A DNA stretch of 64,000 nucleotides from Lingula anatina (lineage: Eukaryota; Animalia; Brachiopoda), in NCBI GenBank assembly GCA_051362555.1, contig CM120641.1, positions 33,238,401 through 33,302,400 of the forward strand. The letters are read 5' to 3'. The notes beneath the pieces were generated by a model. The model saw only the letters and a program-made list of their open reading frames with translations. It searched no databases and was not told the DNA's origin. Made by a program: the position numbers and the translations under genes. Within the stretch, counting starts at the first letter, position 1, and every line of letters begins with the position of its first letter. Positions 15,101-28,355 of this stretch are shown here, piece by piece.

Positions 15101-17113
15101 AATCCATGTTACATATCAGTTACACCTGGTACTCTGTCTTTTTCCTCTACACGTAAGCATGTTGATTATTTATCTGAAGTAACTTGGTCACTTGATGAGA
15201 TTAATCCAACTCATATCATTTTATCTGCCAAAACACATTATATCTGTGAAAATACAAAGTACTGCTGAATAAGAATACATATATCCTTTGAATAAGTGAT
15301 TTTAAAATTGCACAACAACCTTCACATAAACGATAACATTTAATACAAAAAAAGGTATTGAAAACTGAGCCTGCTGCAGGAGCACCCTTATGGAGTTATC
15401 ATAGTTGCTATGTGTTGAAAAAAATACATGCATCAATCTTTAAAACTGAACTAAGTATTTTATTTTGTCGATGTAAAGTCTGATGTTTTTTATATTCCCA
15501 TGCTAATACACGTCTCCAATGTCACCCCCTACTATTTACATTTGTGAATGTAAATTTGTGTTAACTTTTCATAGTATTTCTAAACTTTTTTGTAAGCAGC
15601 TAAATAACATTAAATGAAAAATTAGTTTTTGATTCACATTGATATGTAAATTAACAATGTTGATTATCTAGTACTAGTATGCTGTTATTCAACCATGTCT
15701 TACGGATTTGGTGGAAAATTCATTATGATTTATCCTATATCATAATTAGGCTATCAACTCGACTTTTAAAGCACCTCCTCCCACACCCTAGTTAGAGCAA
15801 GTTTTCAAAATTCAGTTATGTGGTAAATTTTACAAATGTCTTTTCTCTTCAAATAGTTTGGCAATTTACTAACATTCTTCAAGCTTTTACAGTTAACTCA
15901 TGCCCTGTTTAAACAAAAAAGTTACAAAAATTTTTTACCCCTGATATGCCTCAACTCTCAAAATTTCATGCCTATGTTCTTTTTATTGCCCTAGTAACTC
16001 TTCATATGACAGACGACCAGATTATACATTTATGTTTATAAACAAATCATAAAGTCATGTTATCAGTATCGATTACCTAGAGAAATATTTTACTTTTATA
16101 TCAGCTTATTTTCTTGTGAATAACTCTTTTCTCGTGTCCAGAGTAGTTTTTCCAGTATATGACATTGCATTGCACCATATTGCACATTAAAATGTGACTC
16201 CATAAATGGACCTCATAAACAGCACTGTTGACAGCAAGACTGGTCGACTTTTCATGAGTGGGCGACTTGAAGAGGTGAGAGTTAGACAGATTTGAGAGCT
16301 TCCATTATATGGTCGACACACAAATATTTATAGACACCTGTATCTTACGTAAGTCGGCACAAATAGTGCATATCAGAGATTCTAAACAGGAGTGCATGAA
16401 ACTTGCACTACCATAATATCTGAAAGGGGTTGAAGTTTCTTGTTAAGATGCATGATATTCTGTAATAGCAAAACATTAAAAATCGAGGTCTTATAGAATT
16501 GGGGGAATACTGCAGATGTACCAAATTTTCCATCTCTGAATTTTGACTAGAAATCTTGGTGACATGGACAAACATTAGCTGATGGCTCAAAAAGGTGCAA
16601 CTAATCCCTTTTTCAAATCTTACTCATGGAATTTCACTTTTGCATCACAAATTGTGACATGAAGGCTGTTATACCCCCGTGTCACTTAAGGCTGTGACTC
16701 AGATTATCACATCAGGTGACAAAACAACCTACATTCAGATTCACGATTGTACTCAATGCCAACAGCTTTCAAGGTCGCTCCATTTTGGGTAAAACGCAGT
16801 TACAAATTCAACATTCTGCATTGTCTTAAATACAAACATGCATGCATATTTGACCCAGGATGACAAGTTTAATGTTTGCTGCTTCGAAGCAGCTCTGTCT
16901 CGCAGATGCACTGACAATATCGCCGGTCAGATTGGATGTAAACATTGAGGATAATTTAGTCTTTTCAGAAATACCGCTAGAAGTTACCTCAATAACCCCA
17001 TACCGCTAGCAAATATACAAATATTGCTATGCATTCCACGTGATTTTTATAAATTACTCACCAACCCTCTGTCCCACCGGGGTGGTAAAGGGATTTCCAG
17101 CGAAGAACGACAT
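7207..17113 (-). CDS. TOM1L2: TOM1/TOM1-like 2 (VHS + GAT endosomal adaptor), about 15 exons
   Basis: Exon 1 (17062-17113) [20 protein letters not shown]: [46 protein letters not shown]: [44 protein letters not shown]-terminus [14 protein letters not shown]...ENALFAL* with stop at 7207-7209. Probably pro-orthologous to both vertebrate TOM1 and TOM1L2. Confidence 0.92.
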
Positions 17114-17380
17114 CTTGATATTGAGAGATGAGATTAGTGAATGACGTCATGTCACATGATTTCTCGAATCCTCGTCACCTTAAAACGAATTCATTTATCA
17201 TTACTAGTGCTAAAAAGAAAATAGAATAATTAAAAAAAGTAATAATAACTTATCTATAGAAGGTTTTGAATTAATAAAATAAAAAAATATTTCGAGACTT
17301 TCGGGTAATTTAAATATCACCTTGACAACAGGCGCCATATTAGAGGACTTCGAATACGACGATTTTTTCAAAGCAAGGTA
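17114..17380. promoter_or_regulatory. Bidirectional promoter between TOM1L2 and DRC3
   Basis: TGACGTCA and GTCACATGA next to the TOM1L2 ATG. X-box-like ATCACCTTGACAAC (17316-17329), YY1-like CGCCATATT and a splice donor (AAG/GTAAAT near 17377) for a noncoding DRC3 first exon. Confidence 0.65.
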
Positions 17381-18168
17381 AATTTCTTGTTTTTATTTTA
17401 ATGCGATTCGTATATTTCCATAAAATTTCTGTTATATTAAAACGAAAAAAAGCACCCACCTCCATATAGCAGTACTTCTATTTCCCTTTGTTTTTTTACG
17501 TAAAATACATTAGCACATGAATTATCCGTATGCACAAAGTGGATTGAAATGACTGATATAGGCAATATAGCATTGGCATTTTTTCTCCAGACTATGCATT
17601 TGTCAAACCAATAATTTAATTTTAATGTGGACGAGTTGATCGTGTGCACAGAAACTTGATTGAGACAAAAATTTTCAAGACAATCTGAGTAATCGGCTTC
17701 TATGCCTCAGTTTTCTACTTAAAACTAAAGTTACATGCATTGCAAGGTTCTTATTGCAGACAAGGCCACATAACACCCTATGTTACAAAAAAAATTAACG
17801 TTACATATATCCACATCCTGGTTTCACTGTGTGTCCTCCATTGCACTTTAAAGCATGCCATTCACAAATAAAGTCATTTTGTATCGGTTTATGAACAAGT
17901 TTGATAACATTTTACTCTTTTTATTCCAATTATGCAATAGTGTTTCTAAGCGTGTCATTTGTAAGTGATGCCACATATAGTTAGGGTTTCTAACATAGGG
18001 TGATAGAGGTCTTACCTGCATTGCATGTCAGGCCAAAAACTGAAGAAGTCTTTACTGTCTAGCATTCTTCTGGAGGTAATTTTTTAAGTACATGTATAAC
18101 TCAGTGGAAGGATTTTATATTGATATTTGTGCTTTAATTAGTAGGTACTGGAGTTCCAGTAGTTCAAA

Positions 18169-20082
18169 ATGAGCCGGCTGTATGACACAGTGGAGCCATC
18201 TGTGATAGATGATGATATGCTCCATAAAGCAGTGGAGGAACAGGGACCCAAAGAGGAGGCTGGCAGGATTGCCAAAGCTGAGGGAATTGATTTTGCAGAT
18301 GTCAAGTCACTCAGATTGGATTTTAAAAGTAGGAATTGATCTAAGTTTTTGTTCAAACGCTAATTGAAATTTTCGTGCTAAGCAGTAGTTTATTATATAA
18401 CTGTAAAAATTTTGGTATTAAATGCTGTTATTTGTTTTACTAGACATACGGTCAGTTGTAACATTTTTGATATGTCATGCACATGGTAATATTACCACTT
18501 GTTTGATAGTTTCTTGGTTTCAGCAAGCAAGAACCCTTTTGTTATGTAATGTTATATGCATCTAGGCATACTAATTTTATTCATTTTCAGATATTTTGAA
18601 GATAGACAATCTTTGGTGCTTTGACAGTTTGACCAAGTTGCAGCTGGACAACAACATTATAGAAAAGATAGAGGGACTGGACACACTGACCAACCTGATA
18701 TGGCTAGGTAGATATATTATTAAAAAGTAGGAAAAGTTATGTTTGTTTGATGAATCAATGAAATTATGCCAATCCCACTCTTCTTGCCTTTTTTTAATGT
18801 TGTAATTTCTATATAAATGTAAGCTAAATCTTCATAGGATGTTGATAAGTTGTAGAATAACATTTGCTATGGCAAACACATTTTTATTTTTCAGACTTAT
18901 CATTCAACAACATAGAAGCTATTGAAGGCTTGGAGAAATTAACAAAACTCCAGGATTTGACATTATACAACAATAGAATTTCCAAAATAGAAAACATGGA
19001 CTGTCTACCTGACTTGCAGGTCTTCTCTATAGGAAACAATGAATTGGATGAATTAGAAAATGTAAGTTTGTGAGAAAACTAAAGCCAGGAAAAGATTTAA
19101 TTTAGTAAACAAATTCAATGCTCTTGAAATATACTGAAAACTGAAACGCTGTACAAAATATTCCCCATAAATAAATTAACAGAAGTTTTACATTCAAAAT
19201 AACATTGCTTTGAAATTTTATCAGAAACTGGAAATCTGCACTTATTGATATCTTTAAGAACCTTTGTAATATCATAAGATGGTTAATTGTTGAAAATTGA
19301 AAATCATGGACCACCTTTTATGCATCTCTTTCATTTCTCTTTCAAAAGTAAAATTACTTTCATTCTGTATTGGTACCATTTTGTCATTACAGCCCAAGCA
19401 TGTGATTTACCTTTCTCATTACAGGTTATTTATTTAAGGAGATTCAAAAGACTGAAAACTTTAAATTTGAATGGAAATCCATTTTGTAAAGTGTGTGTCC
19501 AGGAAGAAAACCCAGAGGATGGTTCAGAAGCTTTGTATACTGAGAATCAAGACTACAGACCATTTATCATTGCATATCTCCCATCTCTAGATTATCTTGA
19601 CTACAGGTTAATAGATGAAAATACAGTAAGTGAATCTCATGGCAGACTAAGCTGTAGATTTTTTGCTGAAATTCTGCAATGTTAGGAATCCTTATCAATT
19701 AAGCATCAGTCAGCTATAATATAATGTTAGAATTTCACTGAAATATTTCGACATTCATATTTCTCATTTTATGGGTTAACTCTTCTTTTTCACAGCGGGC
19801 TGCTGCAAATGAGAAATATCACTTAGCAATTGAAGAACTTACACACAACGAAGAAGTGGAAAATAAGAAAGAGGAAGAGAGGCAAGCCAAAGAAAAAGAA
19901 CACAATCTACATAAGGTGAATGTTTGAATACTTGTGTTAGTTGTCATCTGGCACTTTTGTAGCAGTGCCCATTCCAATGCCATTGTAATGAACTTGTCCT
20001 CTATGATATTATGTCTTGATGTATCACTGTCCTGATCTTTACCACTGTTTCTTAAGTTATCTTGTTGCCAGTGTTGTGTGTC

Positions 20083-20140
<58 letters not shown>

Positions 20141-22234
20141 TTGCAAGTCTTCACAATTGCTATTGTTGTCAATGTTAATTTTTATTTATTTTTTTCAGTT
20201 AGAAAGAAATATATTTTTTCCTCTTTTTGAACAGATTCTATTTCAGACAGTGCTTTTGTATTAAATGTGCTTTTTCTATGCTTTGGAAAATTTTTCTGTT
20301 CTACATAATATAACAGATATATAATTACTGTATTTTATAGGCTGCCTATGTTGAGAATATGGATGGCCCTGCATTGTTCCATGCTATGTACACAGAAGAT
20401 GCTGAAGGACAGAAACTGGCTGACATGCCTGGAGTGGATGAAATGCTTGTTGTATATCCTTTTATAAATCTATTCAGTTTTTTTTTAATCAGCATTAAAA
20501 AAATGTTTTTTCTATTTTGAGTATTTTATGATCTTCTACACTTACATCAAAGAAAGTAGTTTATGAAGATTGACACTATTATACAGACCATTTTGTATTA
20601 TTATTAATTTTATAGACTGTTGGCAAATTATTGCTGCTTTATTTTTTCACCTTTATGTTCTTTTTTCTCCTTGACTCATTTGTACTTATAAAGAAAAGTA
20701 TGTGGCTACATGTCACCAAATATTTGAATATGGTCTCCAAGAGCATGAAAGACGAATGGAGGAAGTTAATCAGTTCTGGGACTGCATTGAAGAGGCAAAG
20801 AGGGAAAACAAGGAAATGGGAATGAAACAGATAAACCAGTTCATGGAATATAAGAAGAGGGTGAGCATTGCAAATATAATTAGTAAAATATAATCAGTAT
20901 TATTGGTGTTTTCTGATGCATTTGATGATGCTGGATACAGTTATGTTATACAAGTGAAGACATTTCATACAACACCAGAAGACTGACCACTATACTGGGC
21001 ATACAGTAACAGCTTATGAAATTTGATATTCTCCAAAAATTTTTTGTTGGTAATACATAATTTAAAATGTTGTTTTGAAAATTGTAAAAATACATTTGGC
21101 TTTATATCAGAGGGTACTTTTTTGAATAAATAAAAATCATAAATCAAGATAAAGGAAAACACAAAATGGGTGAAGTATTGGAAATTTTACTGAATTATTT
21201 AATTTTTCAGCTGTTCCAAGAGTTAACACATCTGACAGACCAGCAAGTGTTGGATAACAAGATCACAGAGTACAACAAACGTCTCCAGGAACTGTGGGAT
21301 AAACTAATGGGACTGGAACTACAATTGGTGGATCAGTTAGAGGTATATTTTTACCTAGGCATTAATCAAGAAAAAAATAATAATTAAATGAGTGTATTTC
21401 TAAAATGTTTTAATGGTAACTTCTTTTATGACATGGAATTGCTATAAGGCAGAGAAACGATACAAAGTTGATACTAATAAAAGACTGATATATCCTCAAA
21501 TTTAGGAAGCCACCAAGGACTTTGAAAGAAATCTGTCCGATTTGGTCTCAAGTTTCATAGAGAACTGTCAGGGTCATATTTCTGCCCTGAGAGACCTGGA
21601 GAACATACACCATGAGAAACTACTGGAAATATCTATTGTCACCCTGGAGAAGGTAGTGAAGAATGAACTGGATGAGGAAATCCCGGAAGATCTCAGACTG
21701 GTAAATCTTATTTTCAAAATGTTTACTCTAACTAAAGCCAAGTTTACACATGATTAACCATTTGCTTCTTGTGTCAATCTTTGTAGTGTACAAGTATTAG
21801 TGCAGTATATTTATAACTTTCCAGTCTAAATTGCACAACACTTTGCAAAAGAAAAAGCTACATCATTTTTTAAACTGATGGTAAATTTGGCAAAAAATCT
21901 TGGTTAGAATACCTCCCATTATGTAAATATTTTGTTTTAATGTGCAATTAACTGTAAGTGTAACTTAATTTTCCCTTCTTTTCAGTTGTTTGTTGACAAG
22001 GACACAATCATCAATGCAGTGAGTAGTTCTCATGATATCCACTTACTAAAGATAGACAACAGAGAAGACGACATAGTGACCAGGATCAACCAGTGGATGT
22101 CACAGCTCATGACAAAGATACACGAGGAAGAGGAGGTGAAGAGAAACCGAATGAGGGTGTCAGAAATAAACAATCTTATTGACCACTTGCGAGAAGAGAT
22201 GGATACCTTGGATCTGCAGCTGGGATATAATTAA
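18169..22234 (+). CDS. DRC3: Dynein regulatory complex subunit 3 (LRRC48), 10 coding exons
   Basis: [42 protein letters not shown], LRRs ([28 protein letters not shown]), [10 protein letters not shown], coiled coil, [27 protein letters not shown]. Exons approx. 18169-18328, 18591-18707, 18895-19061, 19425-19626, 19796-19915, 20341-20453, 20686-20860, 21211-21342, 21506-21700, 21986-22234. Confidence 0.93.
20085..20138. repeat. (TTA)n microsatellite in a DRC3 intron
   Basis: Tandem tta run; it produces the spurious poly-Leu and poly-Ile ORFs. Confidence 0.95.
20454..20685 (+). other. U12-type (minor spliceosome) AT-AC intron in DRC3
   Basis: 5' end ATATCCTTT, branch site TCCTTGAC about 10 nt before the terminal AC. 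Splicing restores the frame: [21 protein letters not shown]. Confidence 0.92.
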
Positions 22235-24393
22235 ATCTCTGAGAAGCATAAAATCAATGGCAGAGCTGGTATTTGAAGAGGCATTTTCTTGCCTTGGTAT
22301 TTATCTGTAGGATGCAATGACTGTTTGAAAGGTGTTTTGAAGTCTTTACATGCTGCATGTTACATAGGAGAATAAACTGTTGCGATCCATTTTATATGGT
22401 GGTTTTCCAAGAATAACTGTGATACATGTACCCCTGGCAACTGCATTTCCTGGAATTAAAAATTACATCAAATCCCAGAGCTTCATGGGAGGTCTGCCTC
22501 CATGAATGCATGGTTTAGTTCAGTAAATATGTAACATACAAATATCATCATTGTACTCTCATTTCTAGTAAAACTTGGGTGAAACATAGTTTTCTTCAGA
22601 TATCAGTTTATGTATAACGTCTTGCTTGGTTGCTCTTTATCATTCTTGAAGATGTAATATGAATGCACTATTATAACAATGTAAATATTTGTAAAATATG
22701 TAATAATAAGATAAGTACATTTGTATTAAATATTTTTTATTAAAAATAACATATGGGTTGTCTGGCTTTTATACCCAAGTGTATCCATTTAAAAATTTTA
22801 GTCCTGTCCAAAACAGAAGTTGACAAAGAAACATTAAACAAAATTGCAACAATGAAGGCCTTATTACATTTGGCAGAAGAACTGTTACTGATTAACCAGT
22901 AAAAGCAAATGAACTGATTCATGTAGAATATACAGATTGTGTGACTTTATGCAACTTATAACAATACCATCCTATCTAAACAATCCATGACGGTGAAAGC
23001 TAGTCATTTTGCGAAACATTCTAGATTTTATCTAAAATGACATCAGAAACGATACAAATGCCTGATAATTGAGCATTTGCTATATATACTTATTTGTCAC
23101 AAATTCCTTTTGATACACTGCTGTTACATCAGGAAAAATTAAAACTGTAACATAATGACTAGCATGGATTATATCACAGCAAATATTAAACAGTGATAAA
23201 GGGAAAAGAATATAAAAATCTGGAAGTACATAACTAGACAGCAAAAGCTGGCAAACATACAGATACTAGATCCAGCACAAATTTTGAGAATACGTTACCA
23301 GGAGTCAAATGTACATAGATGCACATCAAGCAAAATTTAACTAAACCCAAAGAAATGAGATAAAACCTGTTACAAAATGCTTACTTATGTTTATTTAGAA
23401 TCTGACTTGAAGTCAAAGTGTGCCAGTTTTTCCAAACAGTTTTGGATTCTTCGCTATGGTTTCACAAATTAATCTAAAGAAAAATAGTAATAATAAAGAA
23501 TCAGTTATTTTTGTAAAAATTTTCCAATCAAGTCATTATGCTAATCTTCAATCTTGACATGCACTTTTACTTTACTGAACAATACCTACAGTCATTTAGA
23601 AGTTTAAAAAAAATGCATGGTTTCACTGTTTGGCAGTAAGTGAATAAACATGCTGGACAGCAAGTGTCATGGCCAGACAAGTGATCTGAATGTGTTCACA
23701 TTAGTGTCTGTATATATAAATATTTGCTTAATCCTCAGAAATTATTTAAAAATGTCTTTACAAATAGCTTTAAGGCTGGTAAGCCACATTAATTTTCACA
23801 AAATAAAAATAACTTATAGAACAGTTGTGTATCCTTCTGCCCTACTGGAAGTGCAGTAGTTCCCATCTGGAAGAAATTTTTTTTTCATGCAAAGTTAGAA
23901 ACTAAAAATGGCACAATTTCTTAATCTTCTGTTTTAAAATCATTTCTGCTGTTGCCTGCATAAAACAACAGTTCCAAACATGAGAAATAGATTTCTCAGA
24001 GGATATAAACCAAACTGGAAAAACAAAACATCTCTTCTCGTATCTTGTTGTGCCTGACAAAAGGCAACACACAGAGGAAAACAAGCTGGCAAATAAATTC
24101 AAATCTTCCTTTGAAAGTCATTATTTTATAAACCAGCTAATTCATAACTGTGGCAAAAGAATATTAGAATTGCACTTTTGTTTCTTCGTTGGGGACTGCC
24201 CCAAACCCAGAGCAGACATGAAGATCTGACGATTGCTAATCTTGTTACTGCACTTGTGGAAAATTGGGAGTGACATACGTTTTGTCCCTACATTTCCATC
24301 CTGTACACAATAAATACATGCATCCCCTGTATCATGGCAGTCAAAATTACAGGCAGTCAGATTTACTACAATTCCCCGTCCACATAGTCACTG

Positions 24394-26675
24394 TTATCTG
24401 AATTGGTAGATGGCAATACTCTTCTCTGGTACATGAGTGAGATTCAGAGACTGGTACCTGGAAATTGAAACAGAACAGATGCTGAACACCTTCAATACCA
24501 GTGCCATAAGTGTTGCAGAACAATCGCAACTTAATAGTTAGTTGACACTAGGCTATTTCTGACCAGAGAAGACTACCATAAGATATATTAAGTTCTCAAA
24601 GCCTAGTATATTAATGCATTTGGTTACAAAAAAAAAAAAAAAAAAAAAAAGAGAGAGAGAGAGGGGACTTGCTGTTGACATTTATAACCCAATTAATTGT
24701 AATTACCACTCCGAACTCCTGTGATAGTAATATCCCTCTATGGTTGCTGTTGACTTCTGAAAACAGATATAGTAGAATCCAGCAAAGGAGGCTCCACTAA
24801 TGTCTTTGATAGTGTGGTCTGGAACCAGGAAGTGTTCCTGTAAAGAATGATTAAGCATAGTCATATCTCAAATTAATTCACTTTTAAATATTTCAGGTTA
24901 GATACCATAACTTAAATGCAAATGTATAAGTACCAGGGATTATGAACTCATTTGAATTACAACCATATCGTGTAATATTAACATACCATTCTCCATGTTT
25001 TACAATTAGTGTTTTCATAATGAACACACTGTAATACTACAATGCAGAGTGTCTTTGGTTTAATTTCTTTATCTATAAGGTTTGTTTTAATTTACTAGTA
25101 AGTTGACTGTTACCTTCCATCGCATGAAAACAAAGTCTGTGTTTTGCAGGTCTTCATAATCAAAAGTATCTGAGTTAAATGTCTTGGCAAACTGGTAAAA
25201 GGATAAAAACTTGCCCTAAAACAAAGATCTAACCATCACAAATTGTCAACTGTAAGTGTTCATACAAACATAAACAATATCCTTACTAAAAATTATTATA
25301 TCTACTAAACATGATAAAAGATACTGTTAACTTACTAGACTAATGCCCTTTTCTAAAAGGTCAAAATGTTGTACACATGTGCTTAATTGGTAAAAACACC
25401 TTTAGTCTCTTTTTACTATGAAAAAAGGTAAACAATTGAACACAACCTCTAAAAATGTGCAGCTTAAAAGAAAGTTGCCCCATATTCCCATACCCAGTGT
25501 TTTCTGTCCACGTCTTCATCAGCCTCCCACTTCCTGGTCAGGAATGGATGTCTCTTGCTGATGATTTCACCATCAAAAAAAGTTGTCAGTGTGGGAAACT
25601 CTTCTGTCAACCCTTTGATTTTTAAGTATCCACACAAGTATGAGTTGTTCAAGTCAACATGCTAAAAGTAAATAAAAAATTAAAGAATGTTTTAGTTGGT
25701 TATATCTGATCTTTATCACCCCATTTCCATAGATTAGATCGACCTACTTTAGATCGACCTAACTCCCTGGGGTTTCACGCTAAATAGCTGTCAGCCGGGC
25801 GGACACGAAAGTTAATTACCCCCTTACAGCTTGTAGTAGGCGGGACGGACATTTAAGTCAGATTATCTGAAAGTAATCTAGTGAGACTCCCCGCGGGGAT
25901 AGATCGATCTAAAATCTATGGGAATAGAGCCTAAGTCTCCCCAAGCAGGTTTCAGCAAGATAGCAGTCCTTGTTTAAGCCACTGACCACTCACTATCTAA
26001 ATTTTTTTTTTGAAAATTTACTGGCTCACTAATAATTTCAGTTACATTTGAGACCAATGTTTAACATGATAGACTGCAATAGAATGAGAGTTCCAGATGG
26101 CAGAAGAGTCAAGACCCACAATAAGCATATCACAATTTCTTAAGCTCAAGGTTTTTATTTTTTTTTATTTATTTATTTATTTTTTTTTTTTTTGGGGGGG
26201 GGGATGATAAAATAAAGGAGCTGCAGTTTTATCATGCTTCTCATTGCATTGGGAATGACAGTTTGAATAACAACAATGATAAACAATTTAATACATAAAA
26301 ACCACTTTTGCCAAATATTAAACTTGACAGTTGGCTCAATGAGGATTACGAACACGTTCATTGAATGACGGGCCAGTAACTAAATAGGTAGTGATACCAG
26401 TGTCGGATGTGGGTGATAGACTTACATTTATCACTATAAATTATAATCACCACCTAACAATCTGTACTTAACAATTCTAGGGCATGTTTAAAAACACTTA
26501 ATGGCAAAATAAAATTATTCCGGCCTACCTGCAAAATTACTTCAACATCATAACAGTTTCCTTTGCTTTTCTGGTGTCCTTGGAACCTAGACCCGCAGTA
26601 CAGCAGTGTTGTGGTGACACCGGGTTGTACCGACTTCGCCGGTGGCGGAGGGTCCAATTCAACTCGCACAGGCAT
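24394..26675 (-). CDS. GID4: GID/CTLH E3 ligase substrate receptor GID4, 5 exons
   Basis: [26 protein letters not shown] / [34 protein letters not shown]...DRKHW / FVFMRWK / [27 protein letters not shown]...SSEW / [20 protein letters not shown]. Exons approx. 26529-26675, 25494-25661, 25114-25215, 24707-24837, 24394-24457. Confidence 0.95.
25716..25931 (-). mobile_element. About 215-bp MITE, PIF/Harbinger-like (family A, copy 1), in a GID4 intron
   Basis: Imperfect TIRs (CCCATTTCCATAGATT ... AATCTATGGGAATAGAGCC). Homologous to 35830-36397 and 59420-59634. Confidence 0.8.
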
Positions 26676-27321
26676 GACCGAGAGCCATGAACAAAGAAAT
26701 ATGTATTGTTTATGGATAGTTTTTAAATCTTTACCACGCCAAGGACAACCAACTGTGGCACGCACAAATCCCGCAGAGCCGCAGTTTCGGATTTTTCAAA
26801 ATGGCGAATAGTTTTAAATCGAGACCACCGCCAGTTTCAAACAGAAAAATTGTATGTCAAATATGTCACCTCAGTACTCCCGTCACAAATGTTACAAATA
26901 AATCAGTCAAGATGATTCTATATGTTAAATATGTTTTTGTCCTTCCAGTAAAGTCCGAAATAATTCAATTTTTAGGTTTACGATCAATACTGAGACCGAG
27001 GCTAATAAGAGGACAGGCACGACTTCGCATCTTTTCGTTGCCCTGTGCAGCGAACTTAAATCTAATCTAGATCTACGCATAACAAAAACAACAACAATAG
27101 TGATGAAAATAACAAACATTTATTCTTTCATTAGGCATTTCATTTTAAAATCTCTTACCGAGTGACAGAATATTGCCCGGGGTATTTAAAATGACAATTT
27201 GATTAGGATAAAACTTTGAAGACAATTATAGAGCGAAGTACCCGTACTGTGTTGCGGACCGCTGTGTTGCCGTTTTCTTCTTGCCCGAAATGCCGTTTTT
27301 TCTTAAATTGACGTAGAAAAT

Positions 27322-27710
27322 TAACTGTAATAAATCAAAGACGGGAGGGCTTGCTGCGGTTGTCAACATGTAATTTATTGAAAGCAAATAAATAAAATAA
27401 ACCCTTTCTTTAACATGATTGTTCTGCTGCGACAACATTATTTCACAAGTTGACGACTGGAACAGTAAATACCCATTTCTAGTCATCAGCACATACAAAT
27501 ACTTCGAATTTATAAAACATAACTGTAATAGACGAAAGCCAGGAGGGCTTGCTGCAGTTGTCCACATGATATTTATTAAAAATATAATAACTAAATTTTT
27601 CTCTAACATTATTGTTCTGCTGCCATTATTTGACAAGTTGACAATGCCTGGAACAGTAGAAACAGATTTCTAAATAGCAGCACATATAAATACTTTCAAT
27701 TTACAAAACT
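27322..27710. repeat. Two diverged tandem copies of an approx. 197-bp unit between GID4 and CWC25
   Basis: The blocks ggagggcttgctgc.gttgtc, ttgttctgctgc, caagttgac, ctggaacagta and cagcacata.aaatactt each recur about 197 bp apart. Confidence 0.8.
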
Positions 27711-28355
27711 TTACACTAAAGTTAAAATTAGAAAATAAATTATATAAAGAAACAGAGAGAAATGAGTCAAAATAAGAAAGCATACTATGGGCACAAAATA
27801 TTCTATGAAACGCAATTCTGAACTTGTTTTTAATACTTCAATTCCCTTTATCTCTCAAATTCACTATTTTCATTCAACCACTTCACTTATTCATTAGATT
27901 ATTCAACTTATTCATTAGATTATTCAGAGGTTTTCTAGATCACCTGAATTTTGGTGGTCCCAGTCAAAATCCATAACCATCTTTCACACAGTAACTCAAA
28001 TTTCTATTTTCTTTTAACAACTAACATACCTGATGTGTAAGACTTTCAATATGGACCTGTATACTACTCAAAATATTTATCACAAAACGTACTTTGTTTT
28101 CATTCAAAATGTGTATCCCAGAAACTAGTCCATAAAGTGTGATTTTTTTATAAGTAGTAGAATGCTGATGACCAACAACAGAGAAAAATCAACTAATTCA
28201 GGATTCAGATTCAAATACCAACAATCACTTATTAAGTCATCATTAGTATCAGTCTGTATTTATGAACACTGTTGGTGTCTTCTTTCCGAAAAGTTGACCA
28301 ATCCTTTGATAATTCCAAGTGGGTATTCAGCAGCTTATAAAGCTCTTCATTCCAG

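Noticed and set aside
19819-20264. Poly-Ile and poly-Leu ORFs
   Set aside because: Translations of an intronic (TTA)n microsatellite.
26780-27300. ATPAF2 expected head-to-head with GID4, as in human
   Set aside because: No ATP12-like coding sequence seen; AAAATGGCG near 26798 is better read as a YY1-type motif.
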